A stretch of 64,000 nt of DNA from Cyanophyceae cyanobacterium (lineage in GTDB: Bacteria; Cyanobacteriota; Cyanobacteriia; Cyanobacteriales; Laspinemataceae), in contig JBBQFN010000019.1 in assembly GCA_038321985.1 (NCBI GenBank), positions 42,042 through 106,041 on the forward strand, written 5' to 3'. The notes under the pieces are model-generated. The model had not been told where the DNA came from and did no database searches. It saw only the letters and a program-made list of their open reading frames with translations. The translations under genes and the position numbers were made by a program. Shown one piece after another: positions 9,872 to 18,887 of the stretch; within the stretch, counting starts at the first letter, position 1; every line of letters begins with the position of its first letter.

Positions 9872-10579
9872 TTACTCCGGAGAACCAGGAGGTACAGTCG
9901 CTGCCCCTTTCTGCTTCGCCCGGTCTTCGCGTTTTTTGCGATCGGCGGCCAGAATATCTTGCATAACAATGCGGGCCTGATTCATTTTCTCCAAATTACT
10001 CCGGTAGAGGTCGAGGTCTTTAGAGAGTTTATCCGGAGGCAGATTGAGTGCCGTGCAAATGCGCTGAATCGCGTCTTGACGAGATTGTTCGTTTTTCACC
10101 AGTTCTAAGTCTGCCTGTTCGAGGAGGGTAAACAGACCCACCGCAAATAATCGGCTGTACTTAAAGTTGGGTTTAGCGGCGATCGCCCCGAGGAGACCTT
10201 GAAAATCGGGTTCCATTTCTGGACCTGCCGAACGAGTCAGTAACGCCATCATCTCCTCTGCGGAATGGCGATGGGCAATTTCTTCTAACCCTTGGGCATC
10301 TTGCCGATATTTGTAGGGATCACCTTCTAACCCCTTACAAATGCCATTAAAAATCGATGTTTTATCCTCTTCGGGTCGATATTCTTGCATAAATCGGTCA
10401 AAGGTGGTTACGACTCCGAGGGCATAAATGGGGTCATAATTAAAATCCACATTCACCGACAGCAAGTGCATTTCCACCATCAATTCTTCCACTACCCGTC
10501 GATAGATCGAGTTGATAGGACGGGTGTGAATCGTATAGAAGGCTCGCTTGGTATCTGATACGGTGCGGACGTTATTCAC
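9872..10579 (-). CDS. psb29: Photosystem II biogenesis protein Psb29/Thf1
   Basis: (M)NNVRTVSDTKRAFY...RPINSIYRRVVEELMVEMHLL and FKYSRLFAVGL; GTG start at 10579. Confidence 0.95.
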   Translation of the reverse strand: MNNVRTVSDTKRAFYTIHTRPINSIYRRVVEELMVEMHLLSVNVDFNYDPIYALGVVTTFDRFMQEYRPEEDKTSIFNGICKGLEGDPYKYRQDAQGLEEIAHRHSAEEMMALLTRSAGPEMEPDFQGLLGAIAAKPNFKYSRLFAVGLFTLLEQADLELVKNEQSRQDAIQRICTALNLPPDKLSKDLDLYRSNLEKMNQARIVMQDILAADRKKREDRAKQKGAATVPPGSPE

Positions 10580-10750
10580 AGGGTGCGTTTTTAAGGAGAA
10601 CTTATTTTCATTTTCTCTCTTAAACGTACTTTTGCCAAGCGGCATCCGGGGGATCGCCCTTCCTACCTGGCCTGGAATGCTTTAAAATGCGAAATCAGCC
10701 CGAAATCTCCGGTTTGATTTTTAAGCGGCCCGTTGCAATTTTTTTAAAAA

Positions 10751-11401
10751 ATGACCCTGACATCGGAGTTAATCGCCCTGGGAAAATACTTAGCAGGGGA
10801 ATTTGACAATCGGGAACAGGCGATCGCCGATCCGGCATGGTATGTCCACTTGCGCCTGTGGCAGCGTCCGGTTCCGGTCCGTTTATTTTCCGAACCCAGC
10901 TTAACCCTGTTTGCCGAACAAGCTAACATTCTGAATCTCGATCGCCCCTATCGGCCTCGAATCATGCAGCTTCGAGAACTTCCCGACCGTGAAAGTCAAC
11001 CCCAGCTAGAAGTGCAGTATTTCATGTTCAAAGACCCTACCCAATTTCTGGGTTCCGGTCGCCAACCTAGTCTACTCAAACAGCTAAATCCGGCACAAGT
11101 GGAACCCTTGCCCGGATGTACCCTCACCGTCAGCCAGAAGCGTCTAGCTGACGGTACCTATCACTTTGTCGCATCTTTGCCCTCGGGAGCAAAATGCTGC
11201 TTTACCTATCAAGGAGAAACTCGCCAAGTCAATCTCGGTTTCGAGGCATCCCCGACCGAACTGTTCAGCTTTGACAAAGGCATTGATCCCAATACGGGCA
11301 AAGCCCTGTGGGGGGCCGTGTTAGGGCCATTCCACTTCATCAAGCGTCAGGATTTTTCGGGGGAACTGGTTGGACTCTCCGATTCCAGGGGGGAGAGTTA
11401 A
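10751..11401 (+). CDS. cpcT: Phycobiliprotein chromophore lyase, CpcT/CpeT family
   Basis: LAGEFDNREQA..P.W..HLRLWQRP, EQA....RPYR, LPGC, DKGID....LWG..GPF. Confidence 0.9.
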   Translation: MTLTSELIALGKYLAGEFDNREQAIADPAWYVHLRLWQRPVPVRLFSEPSLTLFAEQANILNLDRPYRPRIMQLRELPDRESQPQLEVQYFMFKDPTQFLGSGRQPSLLKQLNPAQVEPLPGCTLTVSQKRLADGTYHFVASLPSGAKCCFTYQGETRQVNLGFEASPTELFSFDKGIDPNTGKALWGAVLGPFHFIKRQDFSGELVGLSDSRGES

Positions 11402-11467
11402 AAAATACCAAGGATGCCAAACCTGGTTAGAAATTGCCAGACTGGTTTATCCAATCCCCTTTAGACG

Positions 11468-11836
11468 TTAAGTAGCAATGCTACGGGGTCCGGCTTCCAG
11501 TGCTTCTTCTTCCGTTTCGTAGATCTCAAAAACCGAATCCATCATTGTGACTTCAAAAACCAATTTGGCTTCTGGATGCACGTTACAAATACGGAAACTG
11601 CCTTTAACCTTGTCCGCGTCTCGCATCCCTGCTACTAGCGACGTCAGACCAGAACTGTCAATAAAGTTAACTTGTCCTAAATTAACGACAATATGACGAC
11701 TCAGTTTTGAAATGCACTCCTGTAATTTGAGGCGAAATTGCCAAGCGGTTGTAATGTCTAGACGACCCGTTGGGGCCAAGACAATCACCGTTGTTCCATC
11801 CTGGGTCGTATGGGTTTTTTGCTCGATATGAATCAC
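11468..11836 (-). CDS. STAS-domain anti-sigma factor antagonist
   Basis: GRLDITTA, VNFIDSSGLTSLV, FEVTMMDSVFEIY. Confidence 0.92.
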   Translation of the reverse strand: MIHIEQKTHTTQDGTTVIVLAPTGRLDITTAWQFRLKLQECISKLSRHIVVNLGQVNFIDSSGLTSLVAGMRDADKVKGSFRICNVHPEAKLVFEVTMMDSVFEIYETEEEALEAGPRSIAT

Positions 11837-12100
11837 AGGCCCTCCCTCAATACGCTAGTTGCCTACCTCGCTTTCGTAGTTTAGCAAAATCGGAGCCATT
11901 GCCCCGATTGAGCTGGACCGAATTAGCCACGCTTGCTGCTAAAAAAATATCACGATCGCGTCATCCACTCACGAAGGCAATGCTCAACATCTCCCCTCGA
12001 TAGTCCCTGTTTGCCCTCACCCCGAGTGAATTTGCCTGATTTTTCGGGGCAGTCTCGGGCAATTGGGCGATCGCTGGTTTGACTGCTGCCTAAACCAGCG

Positions 12101-12124
12101 GTAGGGTGCGTCAGACGCACCCAC
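12101..12124. repeat. GTAG-type REP-like hairpin
   Basis: GTAG-GGTGCGTC-A-GACGCACC downstream of hemF. Confidence 0.5.
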
Positions 12125-12148
12125 GAGACTACTACCTAGAGGGACACT

Positions 12149-13186
12149 TTAACTAGGGTTTGCAGGCCACTCCGCCCAATTTTGCGGTTTTAAAAAGGTG
12201 TCGTAGAGTTCTGCTTCGGGGGTATTCGGTTCCGGTTGATAGCCATATTCCCAGCGTACCAAAGGCGGCAGAGACATTAAAATCGATTCCGTGCGCCCAT
12301 TAGTCTGGAGCCCGAAAATTGTGCCGCGATCGTAAACCAAGTTAAATTCTACATACCGTCCGCGCCGATACAGTTGAAAATTCCGTTCGCGATCGCCATA
12401 TTCCAGACCCGAACGACGCTCAACAATTGGCCCATAAGCCGGTAAAAACGAGCGTCCGCAGTCTTGGACAAACGCAAACAAGGCTTCCCAATTGCGCTGG
12501 GGAGGCGTGCCAATTTTCCGGCTGTATTCTGCTGCCGGTCCTGTAGGGTCGGGCCCGCGATAGAGTTCGCTTTGACCATCTTGGTAGTCAAAAAACAGGC
12601 CACCTACCCCTCGGGTTTCATCGCGATGCTTCAGGTAAAAATATTCGTCACACCAGAGTTTAAAAACCTGGTAATACTCATCATGGTGGCGATCGCAAGC
12701 CCCTTTGAAGGTGCGGTGAAAGTGGGCCGCATCTTCGGCAAACGGATAATAAGGCGTCAAATCTGCACCGCCTCCAAACCACCAAACCGGCCCGGCTTCA
12801 AAGTAGCGATAGTTTAAATGAACTGTGGGAATGTAAGGATTGTGCGGGTGCAACACCATTGAAGTCCCCGTAGCATAGAAGCGGTGACCCTCTGCCTCCG
12901 GACGTTGCTTTAAAATCGAAGGCGGTAGATGATCTCCCCACACTTCAGAAAAATTCACGCCCCCTTGTTCCAAGACATTGCCCTCACGCATCACCCGAGA
13001 ACGGCCCCCGCCACCTTCCGGGCGTTCCCAAGAATCTTCTTTAAACGTGCCAAGGCCATCGAGTTCGGCCAGCCCTTGACAAATTTCATCTTGTAGCGAC
13101 TGCATAAACTGACTGACTCGTTCTTTCGAGTCATCCGGTGGCAAATTCTGGGTAGAGGTGGCCTCAAAAGTCGAAGAAACTGTCAT
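12149..13186 (-). CDS. hemF: Oxygen-dependent coproporphyrinogen III oxidase
   Basis: [59 protein letters not shown]. Confidence 0.97.
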   Translation of the reverse strand: MTVSSTFEATSTQNLPPDDSKERVSQFMQSLQDEICQGLAELDGLGTFKEDSWERPEGGGGRSRVMREGNVLEQGGVNFSEVWGDHLPPSILKQRPEAEGHRFYATGTSMVLHPHNPYIPTVHLNYRYFEAGPVWWFGGGADLTPYYPFAEDAAHFHRTFKGACDRHHDEYYQVFKLWCDEYFYLKHRDETRGVGGLFFDYQDGQSELYRGPDPTGPAAEYSRKIGTPPQRNWEALFAFVQDCGRSFLPAYGPIVERRSGLEYGDRERNFQLYRRGRYVEFNLVYDRGTIFGLQTNGRTESILMSLPPLVRWEYGYQPEPNTPEAELYDTFLKPQNWAEWPANPS

Positions 13187-13599
13187 AATGTCAAGTTATT
13201 TTCTGGTGCGGGATACAGATCTGCCTGTCAAGAGCGATCGAAATCAAGAGCGGTGGATAAAGCGATCGCACTCTTGGTGAAATCTTTAGCCCTGATTCTC
13301 GATAAAGCGGACCGACTTGCAAAAATCCTATCTTAATCTCGGCAATTATCCACTGCCTTTAAAAATTCTACATATTACTACAAAAAAAGATACATTAAGA
13401 AAATATCCAGAACTCAGCAGGTAACTCGTTCTAGGGGAGAAGCAAAGCCAGGCGATCGGGCAATAGAGGCAAGATCCACAATTGCGCCTTCCCAACCGGG
13501 AAAAAATACCCACTCAACCGGTCAAAATTCAACCCCGACCTTCCACCCCATAACGAGTGCCTGCCTGATCCGTCCGAGAGAGAAGAAACAGGTAAACCG

Positions 13600-14670
13600 A
13601 TGACTCAACCCCTAACTTCCCAAGCCATCTTAGAAGTCTTGCAACCCGTGCAAGACCCCGAACTACAAAAGAGCTTGGTAGACCTCAATATGATTCGCAA
13701 CGTCAAAATTGACGAGGGCAACGTCAGCTTTACCTTAGTTCTGACCACACCCGCCTGTCCCTTGCGAGAATTCATTGTTGAAGACTGCCAAAAAGCTGTT
13801 CGCACCTTAGCCGGAGTCCAAGAAGTCAACATCGAAGTCACCGCTGAAACCCCACAACAGAAATCCCTCCCCGATCGCCAAGGCATCGCTGGAGTCAAAA
13901 ATATCCTCGCCATTTCCAGTGGCAAAGGCGGCGTTGGCAAAAGCACCATCGCCGTTAACGTTGCTGTCTCCCTGGCTCAAGCCGGCGCAAAAGTTGGCCT
14001 CCTCGACGCCGATATTTACGGTCCTAACGACCCCGCCATGCTTGGACTCGCCGATGCTCAAATCACCGTCCGCCAAGGTCCCCAAGGCGACGTCCTCGAA
14101 CCGGCCTTTAACTACGGCGTTAAATTAGTCTCCATGGCCTTTTTAATCGACAAAGACCAACCCGTAGTCTGGCGCGGTCCCATGTTAAACGGCGTAATTC
14201 GGCAGTTTCTCTATCAAGTCGATTGGGGCGAATTAGACTATCTCATCGTAGATATGCCCCCCGGAACCGGCGATGCCCAACTCACAATGGCCCAATCTGT
14301 CCCAATGGCGGGAGTTGTCATTGTCACCACTCCCCAAACCGTTGCCTTGTTGGATTCGCGCAAAGGTTTAAAAATGTTCCAACAATTAAACGTGCCGGTC
14401 CTGGGAATCGTCGAAAATATGAGTTATTTCATCCCTCCGGATATGCCCGACAAAAAATACGATATCTTTGGTTCGGGAGGGGGACAAAAAACCGCAGACG
14501 AACTCGGTGTTCCCTTATTAGGTTGTGTCCCCTTAGAAATTCCCCTACGTGAGGGTGGTGATAGTGGAGTCCCCATCACCATTTCTGCCCCGGATTCCCC
14601 TTCCGCTAAAGCCCTACGAGAAATTGCTAACCGAATTGCCGGTAAAGTGTCTGTCGTCGCCCTAGCCTAA
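13600..14670 (+). CDS. mrp: Mrp/NBP35 family Fe-S cluster carrier ATPase
   Basis: N-terminal DPEL...TTPACP domain; SGKGGVGKST, DADIYGP, WRGPM, DMPPGTGD. Confidence 0.95.
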   Translation: MTQPLTSQAILEVLQPVQDPELQKSLVDLNMIRNVKIDEGNVSFTLVLTTPACPLREFIVEDCQKAVRTLAGVQEVNIEVTAETPQQKSLPDRQGIAGVKNILAISSGKGGVGKSTIAVNVAVSLAQAGAKVGLLDADIYGPNDPAMLGLADAQITVRQGPQGDVLEPAFNYGVKLVSMAFLIDKDQPVVWRGPMLNGVIRQFLYQVDWGELDYLIVDMPPGTGDAQLTMAQSVPMAGVVIVTTPQTVALLDSRKGLKMFQQLNVPVLGIVENMSYFIPPDMPDKKYDIFGSGGGQKTADELGVPLLGCVPLEIPLREGGDSGVPITISAPDSPSAKALREIANRIAGKVSVVALA

Positions 14671-14730
14671 CTGTAGATAGAACAAACCCCATCTTCCGCG
14701 CCTCCTTTATCTCCCCCATCTCAATCAACT

Positions 14731-15990
14731 ATGTATCAAAAGTCCGTAAGCCGAATTCGTTGGAAAGTTTGGTTACAACCCTGGCTAGATTCTGACTGGC
14801 TGCTGTTTGCGTTGCCAGTGGCATTAACTCTATTTGGCGGGATTATGATCCGCAGTACCGAACTCAACCTAGGGTGGACCGACTGGTGGCAACACTGGCT
14901 AGTGGGAGGGATTGGATTACTAATCGCCATCACTATCTCGCGATGGCCGTACGATACCCTGATTCAATTAAAGTGGGTGGTTTATGGTGTCACCAATATC
15001 TCCCTACTGGCGGTTATGTTTATCGGGACCACTGCCCTAGGTGCACAGCGTTGGATTACCATTGGTGGATTTAACATTCAACCGTCAGAATTTGCAAAAA
15101 TAGGGGTGATTATTACCCTAGCGGCACTCCTGCACGAACGCGCCCCCGACAGCCTAAACTCCATATTCAAAACCCTGGCGATTACTGCCGTACCCTGGGG
15201 GTTGGTCTTCTTACAACCTGACCTAGGAACTTCCCTAGTCTTTGGGGCGATTACCCTGGGAATGCTGTATTGGGGTAACACCAATCCGGGTTGGCTGATG
15301 CTGATGGTCTCTCCCCTCGTTGCCACAATTCTGTTTGGGGTTTATCTACCGGGGTGGTTTGCTTGGACTGGCTTAATGGCATTAATTGGGTGGCGCACCT
15401 TGCCCTGGCCTTTTTTGGGCGCACTGGGTACCGTGGTCATGAATTTGATCTTCGGTCGAATTGGTAGTCTCTTATGGAACCTGCTCAAAGACTATCAGAA
15501 AGAGCGAGTAACGACCTTTCTCCACCCTGAACAGGACCCCCTCGGGGCCGGATATCACCTGATCCAATCTCGCATCGCCATTGGATCCGGTGGACTGCAA
15601 GGGCGGGGACTTTATAATGGAACCCAAACCCAGCTTAATTTTATCCCCGAACAACATACTGACTTCATCTTTTCTGCCATTGGGGAAGAATTTGGTTTTA
15701 TTGGATCTATGGTGATCCTGGGAGCCTTCTGGTTTATTTGCCTGCGCCTTGTCTTGATTGCTCAATCCTCTAAAGACACCTTTGGCGCGTTGTTAGCCGT
15801 TGGTGTTTTATCCATGATCGTGTTTCAGGTGGTCGTTAATATTGGCATGACCATCGGACTAGCACCCGTGACAGGGATTCCCTTACCTTGGTTGAGTTAC
15901 GGTCGGTCTGCCTTACTGACCAATTTTATCGCCCTTGGGCTCGTCGAATCTGTTGCCTATCACCGGGAGAAAGTGAAAAAGAAGTTTTAG
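14731..15990 (+). CDS. rodA: Rod shape-determining protein RodA (SEDS family)
   Basis: GAQRWI...QPSEFAK, QPDLGT, GYHLIQSRIAIGSGG, PEQHTDFIF, PVTGIPLPWLSYG. Confidence 0.95.
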   Translation: MYQKSVSRIRWKVWLQPWLDSDWLLFALPVALTLFGGIMIRSTELNLGWTDWWQHWLVGGIGLLIAITISRWPYDTLIQLKWVVYGVTNISLLAVMFIGTTALGAQRWITIGGFNIQPSEFAKIGVIITLAALLHERAPDSLNSIFKTLAITAVPWGLVFLQPDLGTSLVFGAITLGMLYWGNTNPGWLMLMVSPLVATILFGVYLPGWFAWTGLMALIGWRTLPWPFLGALGTVVMNLIFGRIGSLLWNLLKDYQKERVTTFLHPEQDPLGAGYHLIQSRIAIGSGGLQGRGLYNGTQTQLNFIPEQHTDFIFSAIGEEFGFIGSMVILGAFWFICLRLVLIAQSSKDTFGALLAVGVLSMIVFQVVVNIGMTIGLAPVTGIPLPWLSYGRSALLTNFIALGLVESVAYHREKVKKKF

Positions 15991-16112
15991 CAACAGGCTA
16001 TTTTGGCGAACCCTTGACGAATGACTCCAAAAAGATTGACGATGACTCATGATCACTCGGATTTTCTGAGTAGTCAGATAAACCCCTTAACTCTAAGCAT
16101 CTGTAAAGAATT

Positions 16113-16310
16113 ATGATTTTGCCTGGATCGGCTGTTCGTGTTAAAAACCCCGATGATACTTACTACGACTTTCAAGGACAAGTTCAACGCCTAACCGATG
16201 GCAGAGCCGCTGTCCTTTTTGAGGGAGGAACTTGGGATAAATTAGTTACCTTTCGACTCTCGGAACTTGAACCCGTAGATGCCACTGCGGGTCGCAAGAA
16301 AAGCAAATAG
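16113..16310 (+). CDS. ndhS: NAD(P)H dehydrogenase (NDH-1) subunit S
   Basis: [42 protein letters not shown]. Confidence 0.92.
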   Translation: MILPGSAVRVKNPDDTYYDFQGQVQRLTDGRAAVLFEGGTWDKLVTFRLSELEPVDATAGRKKSK

Positions 16311-16326
16311 TTCGCTGTTGATAACC

Positions 16327-16369
16327 ATTCAGGGTTGATGAGATTTGACTCTTCAACCCTGAATTTTTT
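16327..16369 (+). terminator. Probable intrinsic terminator after ndhS
   Basis: ATTCAGGGTTGA...TCAACCCTGAAT (12-bp arms) followed by a T run. Confidence 0.65.
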
Positions 16370-16397
16370 AACTTGAAGATATATTTAAGAGTTGATT

Positions 16398-17066
16398 ATG
16401 CGTCTACCTTTACCGCAATTTGCTAACGAACACCGTCACCCGGACCATATTGCTGAGGTGATTGAAACGGCAACAACGGAGTTTTTAGCCCAATGTTTAG
16501 ACCCAGAAGAGTTAAATTTTCCCCTAATGCCGCCGTTTGGTAGTTGGGTGAAATCTTTGGATGAGGAGTCTGGAAATCAGATTTATGGAGTGGTTTATTT
16601 TGCCACAACAACTCCCATCGATACAGTCCACCGGGCTAGAGCGCTGGGTTTATCTTTAGATGGATTACGGGAACAGCAACCCCAGATTTTTGCCATGCTC
16701 AAAACTGAGTTTCGCGCGGCGATCGCCGGCTTTTGTCCCCATCTTGACAGCAAAAATGGGTCTCGCCGTCCCACAGGAATTATTTATCAATACATTCCCC
16801 CCCGTCCCCCTCAAATTCACCAAGCGGTGTATCGCTGTCAACCCGCAGAAATTGTTCACTTTACTCAACAGTTTGATTTCCTGCGTACCCTCTTACAAGT
16901 TCCCGGTGCACCTGTAGACGCCCTAACTGCAGCAGCCATTCGCGAGGTGTATCAGTTACGAGGTGCCGATCGCGATTGGTTAGTCCAAGCCGGACGCACC
17001 CTCAGCGTGTTACTCAAGGATGATTACGATCGCCTCCGTTTAATTTTAAGTCAAATTCATCCCTAG
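16398..17066 (+). CDS. HAS-barrel domain conserved hypothetical protein
   Basis: HIAEVIETATTEFLAQC..P.FGSWV, RARALG, PPQIHQAVY; recalled as a conserved cyanobacterial family next to ndhS. Confidence 0.75.
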   Translation: MRLPLPQFANEHRHPDHIAEVIETATTEFLAQCLDPEELNFPLMPPFGSWVKSLDEESGNQIYGVVYFATTTPIDTVHRARALGLSLDGLREQQPQIFAMLKTEFRAAIAGFCPHLDSKNGSRRPTGIIYQYIPPRPPQIHQAVYRCQPAEIVHFTQQFDFLRTLLQVPGAPVDALTAAAIREVYQLRGADRDWLVQAGRTLSVLLKDDYDRLRLILSQIHP

Positions 17067-17265
17067 ATAAATTTTAAGCAGGGATGAGATAATCTATTAT
17101 TGATAATTAAACCGACGAAATGGGGGCTAAAACAAGTAAAAATCCTTGATTTATGGAGTGTTCATCTCCTTTTTCTACTAAGATTGAGAGAGAGGTTTTA
17201 TAGAATCTCTAATACTTGAATGCCACAGCCGATATTTTATGTCAGCTTTTATGTCAGTTACATCT

Positions 17266-17602
17266 TATACCAAACTCTACGAAATCTGGGTATCAAAAGT
17301 CGTTTTTATAGAGTAGCGGGCGTCAGCAGGCTACCCTTCGGGAAGCCGAGCAAAGCGTCTACGTCCGTATAGTCCCACCCTTTCATAACGGAACCTCCGC
17401 CTGATGCTGGTTTTGACAAACCTTTGAATGCCGGATTCCGGATTAGATGGACTTACCCCGGGGGTAAACCTACCGTAACGGCTATCGCGGGAGGAAGTTT
17501 TGCCTGGGTTGATCTTGTCCTGGGATTTATGCTATACCCGGATATAACAGCCTATCTAAATTTTTCCGATTCCTCGATCCCAGCATATTTTCCAATTTGG
17601 TA
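17266..17602. mobile_element. Possible degenerate MITE / dispersed repeat
   Basis: Ends TATACCAAA...TTTGGTA, with an internal hairpin GGCTACCC-TTC-GGGAAGCC; no ORF. Confidence 0.3.
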
Positions 17603-17654
17603 GGTTCCATGTTAAATGATGGCAGTGAACAAAACGTCAAAAGGAAATCAAATC

Positions 17655-18242
17655 ATGACTACCTCTGACCAACCAGAGTCCAAAAATCAATCGAGCGTTA
17701 ATTCGGGAATTTTGGTTTTTTTGAGTTCACTTGCAGGTTTATTTTTGTCTATATTAATACTTAGACTTTCAGCACAACCTGAAAAACCTATCGGGTTTTG
17801 GGAGGGATGCTTTTTTATTCTTTTTTCAATGCTGCTTTTTGCAGTTCTTGGCTGGGCTATTTTCCAAATAGTACAACTAATAAGCAATGCAATGACTTTG
17901 TTTACGAGATATTTGATAACAGTATTTGGCTTGGTGTTTAGTCTTATTTTGCCTGCATCTTTAGCTGCTATAGGCTCAAGTTTTCCTGTTATAGGATCAA
18001 GTTTTCTAGGACTATTTGCTCCTCTTCTTGCTGCTCTTACTATAATCGCAAGAATTGTTAAATATAAATTTACGGAAAAAATGCCAGGGTGGATAGAAAA
18101 AGCCTTAGATATTTTCATTCCTGGGGCTATAGCTTCAGGCTTGGCTACTCTCTATGTTTTTGGGTTTCAGAAGATTTTTCCGGGAATACCATTCATCAAT
18201 GTATTTAATAAGATAAATCTATGTAATCTGTTTAAGCCTTAA
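17655..18242 (+). CDS. Hypothetical multi-pass membrane protein (AT-rich)
   Basis: About 196 aa (ORF open from 17616) with about 5-6 hydrophobic segments; low GC, no HIP1. Confidence 0.6.
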   Translation: MTTSDQPESKNQSSVNSGILVFLSSLAGLFLSILILRLSAQPEKPIGFWEGCFFILFSMLLFAVLGWAIFQIVQLISNAMTLFTRYLITVFGLVFSLILPASLAAIGSSFPVIGSSFLGLFAPLLAALTIIARIVKYKFTEKMPGWIEKALDIFIPGAIASGLATLYVFGFQKIFPGIPFINVFNKINLCNLFKP

Positions 18243-18254
18243 GGTTTTTAAAAA

Positions 18255-18371
18255 ATGAATAGATTAACCCTAAAAACGGATGCACTCCATCTCAATGATG
18301 AACAGGTTTTCCAACTGTATTAAGATAACCAAGACTTTTGTTTAACGTGGGGAAACCCGAACGGGATTTAA
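18255..18371 (+). pseudogene. Uma2-family endonuclease N-terminal remnant
   Basis: Manual translation MNRLTLKTDALHLNDEQVFQLY*DNQDF resembles the cyanobacterial Uma2 start (L.LTDEQF.QLC..N.D). It has an in-frame TAA and then loses similarity. Confidence 0.6.
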
Positions 18372-18495
18372 AGCAATGGATTGCGGGCGGTGAAGGGATG
18401 AATGATTGGTAATGGGAGCCTATTGCTGAAAAATCTGTAAGGCTGGAAAGCCTGTCGAAAAATAAAATTCATCCTTATAGAAGAAGGAAAGGGGA

Positions 18496-18885
18496 ATGAC
18501 AGATGAACCATTCGTGAGAAACTTTTTCGATTTACGTTCGGAAGCTCGGCAACCCGTTGTGATTGCAGATGATGAAGGCTTTGTCGTCTATATTAATCCT
18601 CCGTTTAGTGAAATTTATCACTGGGGTTCTGAACTGATTGGTCAAACTCTAGCCGATATTATTCCCCTGAATTTTCATGATTCCCATAACCTGGGCTTTT
18701 CTCGCTTTAGCATGACAGAAATTTCTCATGTAGCGAACCATCCAATTAATGCGATGGTGATTGATAAACATGGGGATTCTATTTTATCGGAGCATTACAT
18801 TACAGCGGAAAAAATTGAGGGTAGATGGTATTTTGCAGCCCAACTTCGCCCTTTGAATTCGAGTCATTCTAATCCCGAAGAGTGA
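18496..18885 (+). CDS. Stand-alone PAS domain protein (possibly heme-binding)
   Basis: VVIADDEGFVVYINPPFSEIYHW..ELIGQTL.DIIP..FHDSH; stop overlaps the next ORF. Confidence 0.85.
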   Translation: MTDEPFVRNFFDLRSEARQPVVIADDEGFVVYINPPFSEIYHWGSELIGQTLADIIPLNFHDSHNLGFSRFSMTEISHVANHPINAMVIDKHGDSILSEHYITAEKIEGRWYFAAQLRPLNSSHSNPEE

Positions 18886-18887
18886 GC

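Noticed and set aside
13371..13395. Possible NtcA site in the hemF/mrp divergent region
   Set aside because: CTACAAAAAAAGATAC does not fit GTA-N8-TAC.
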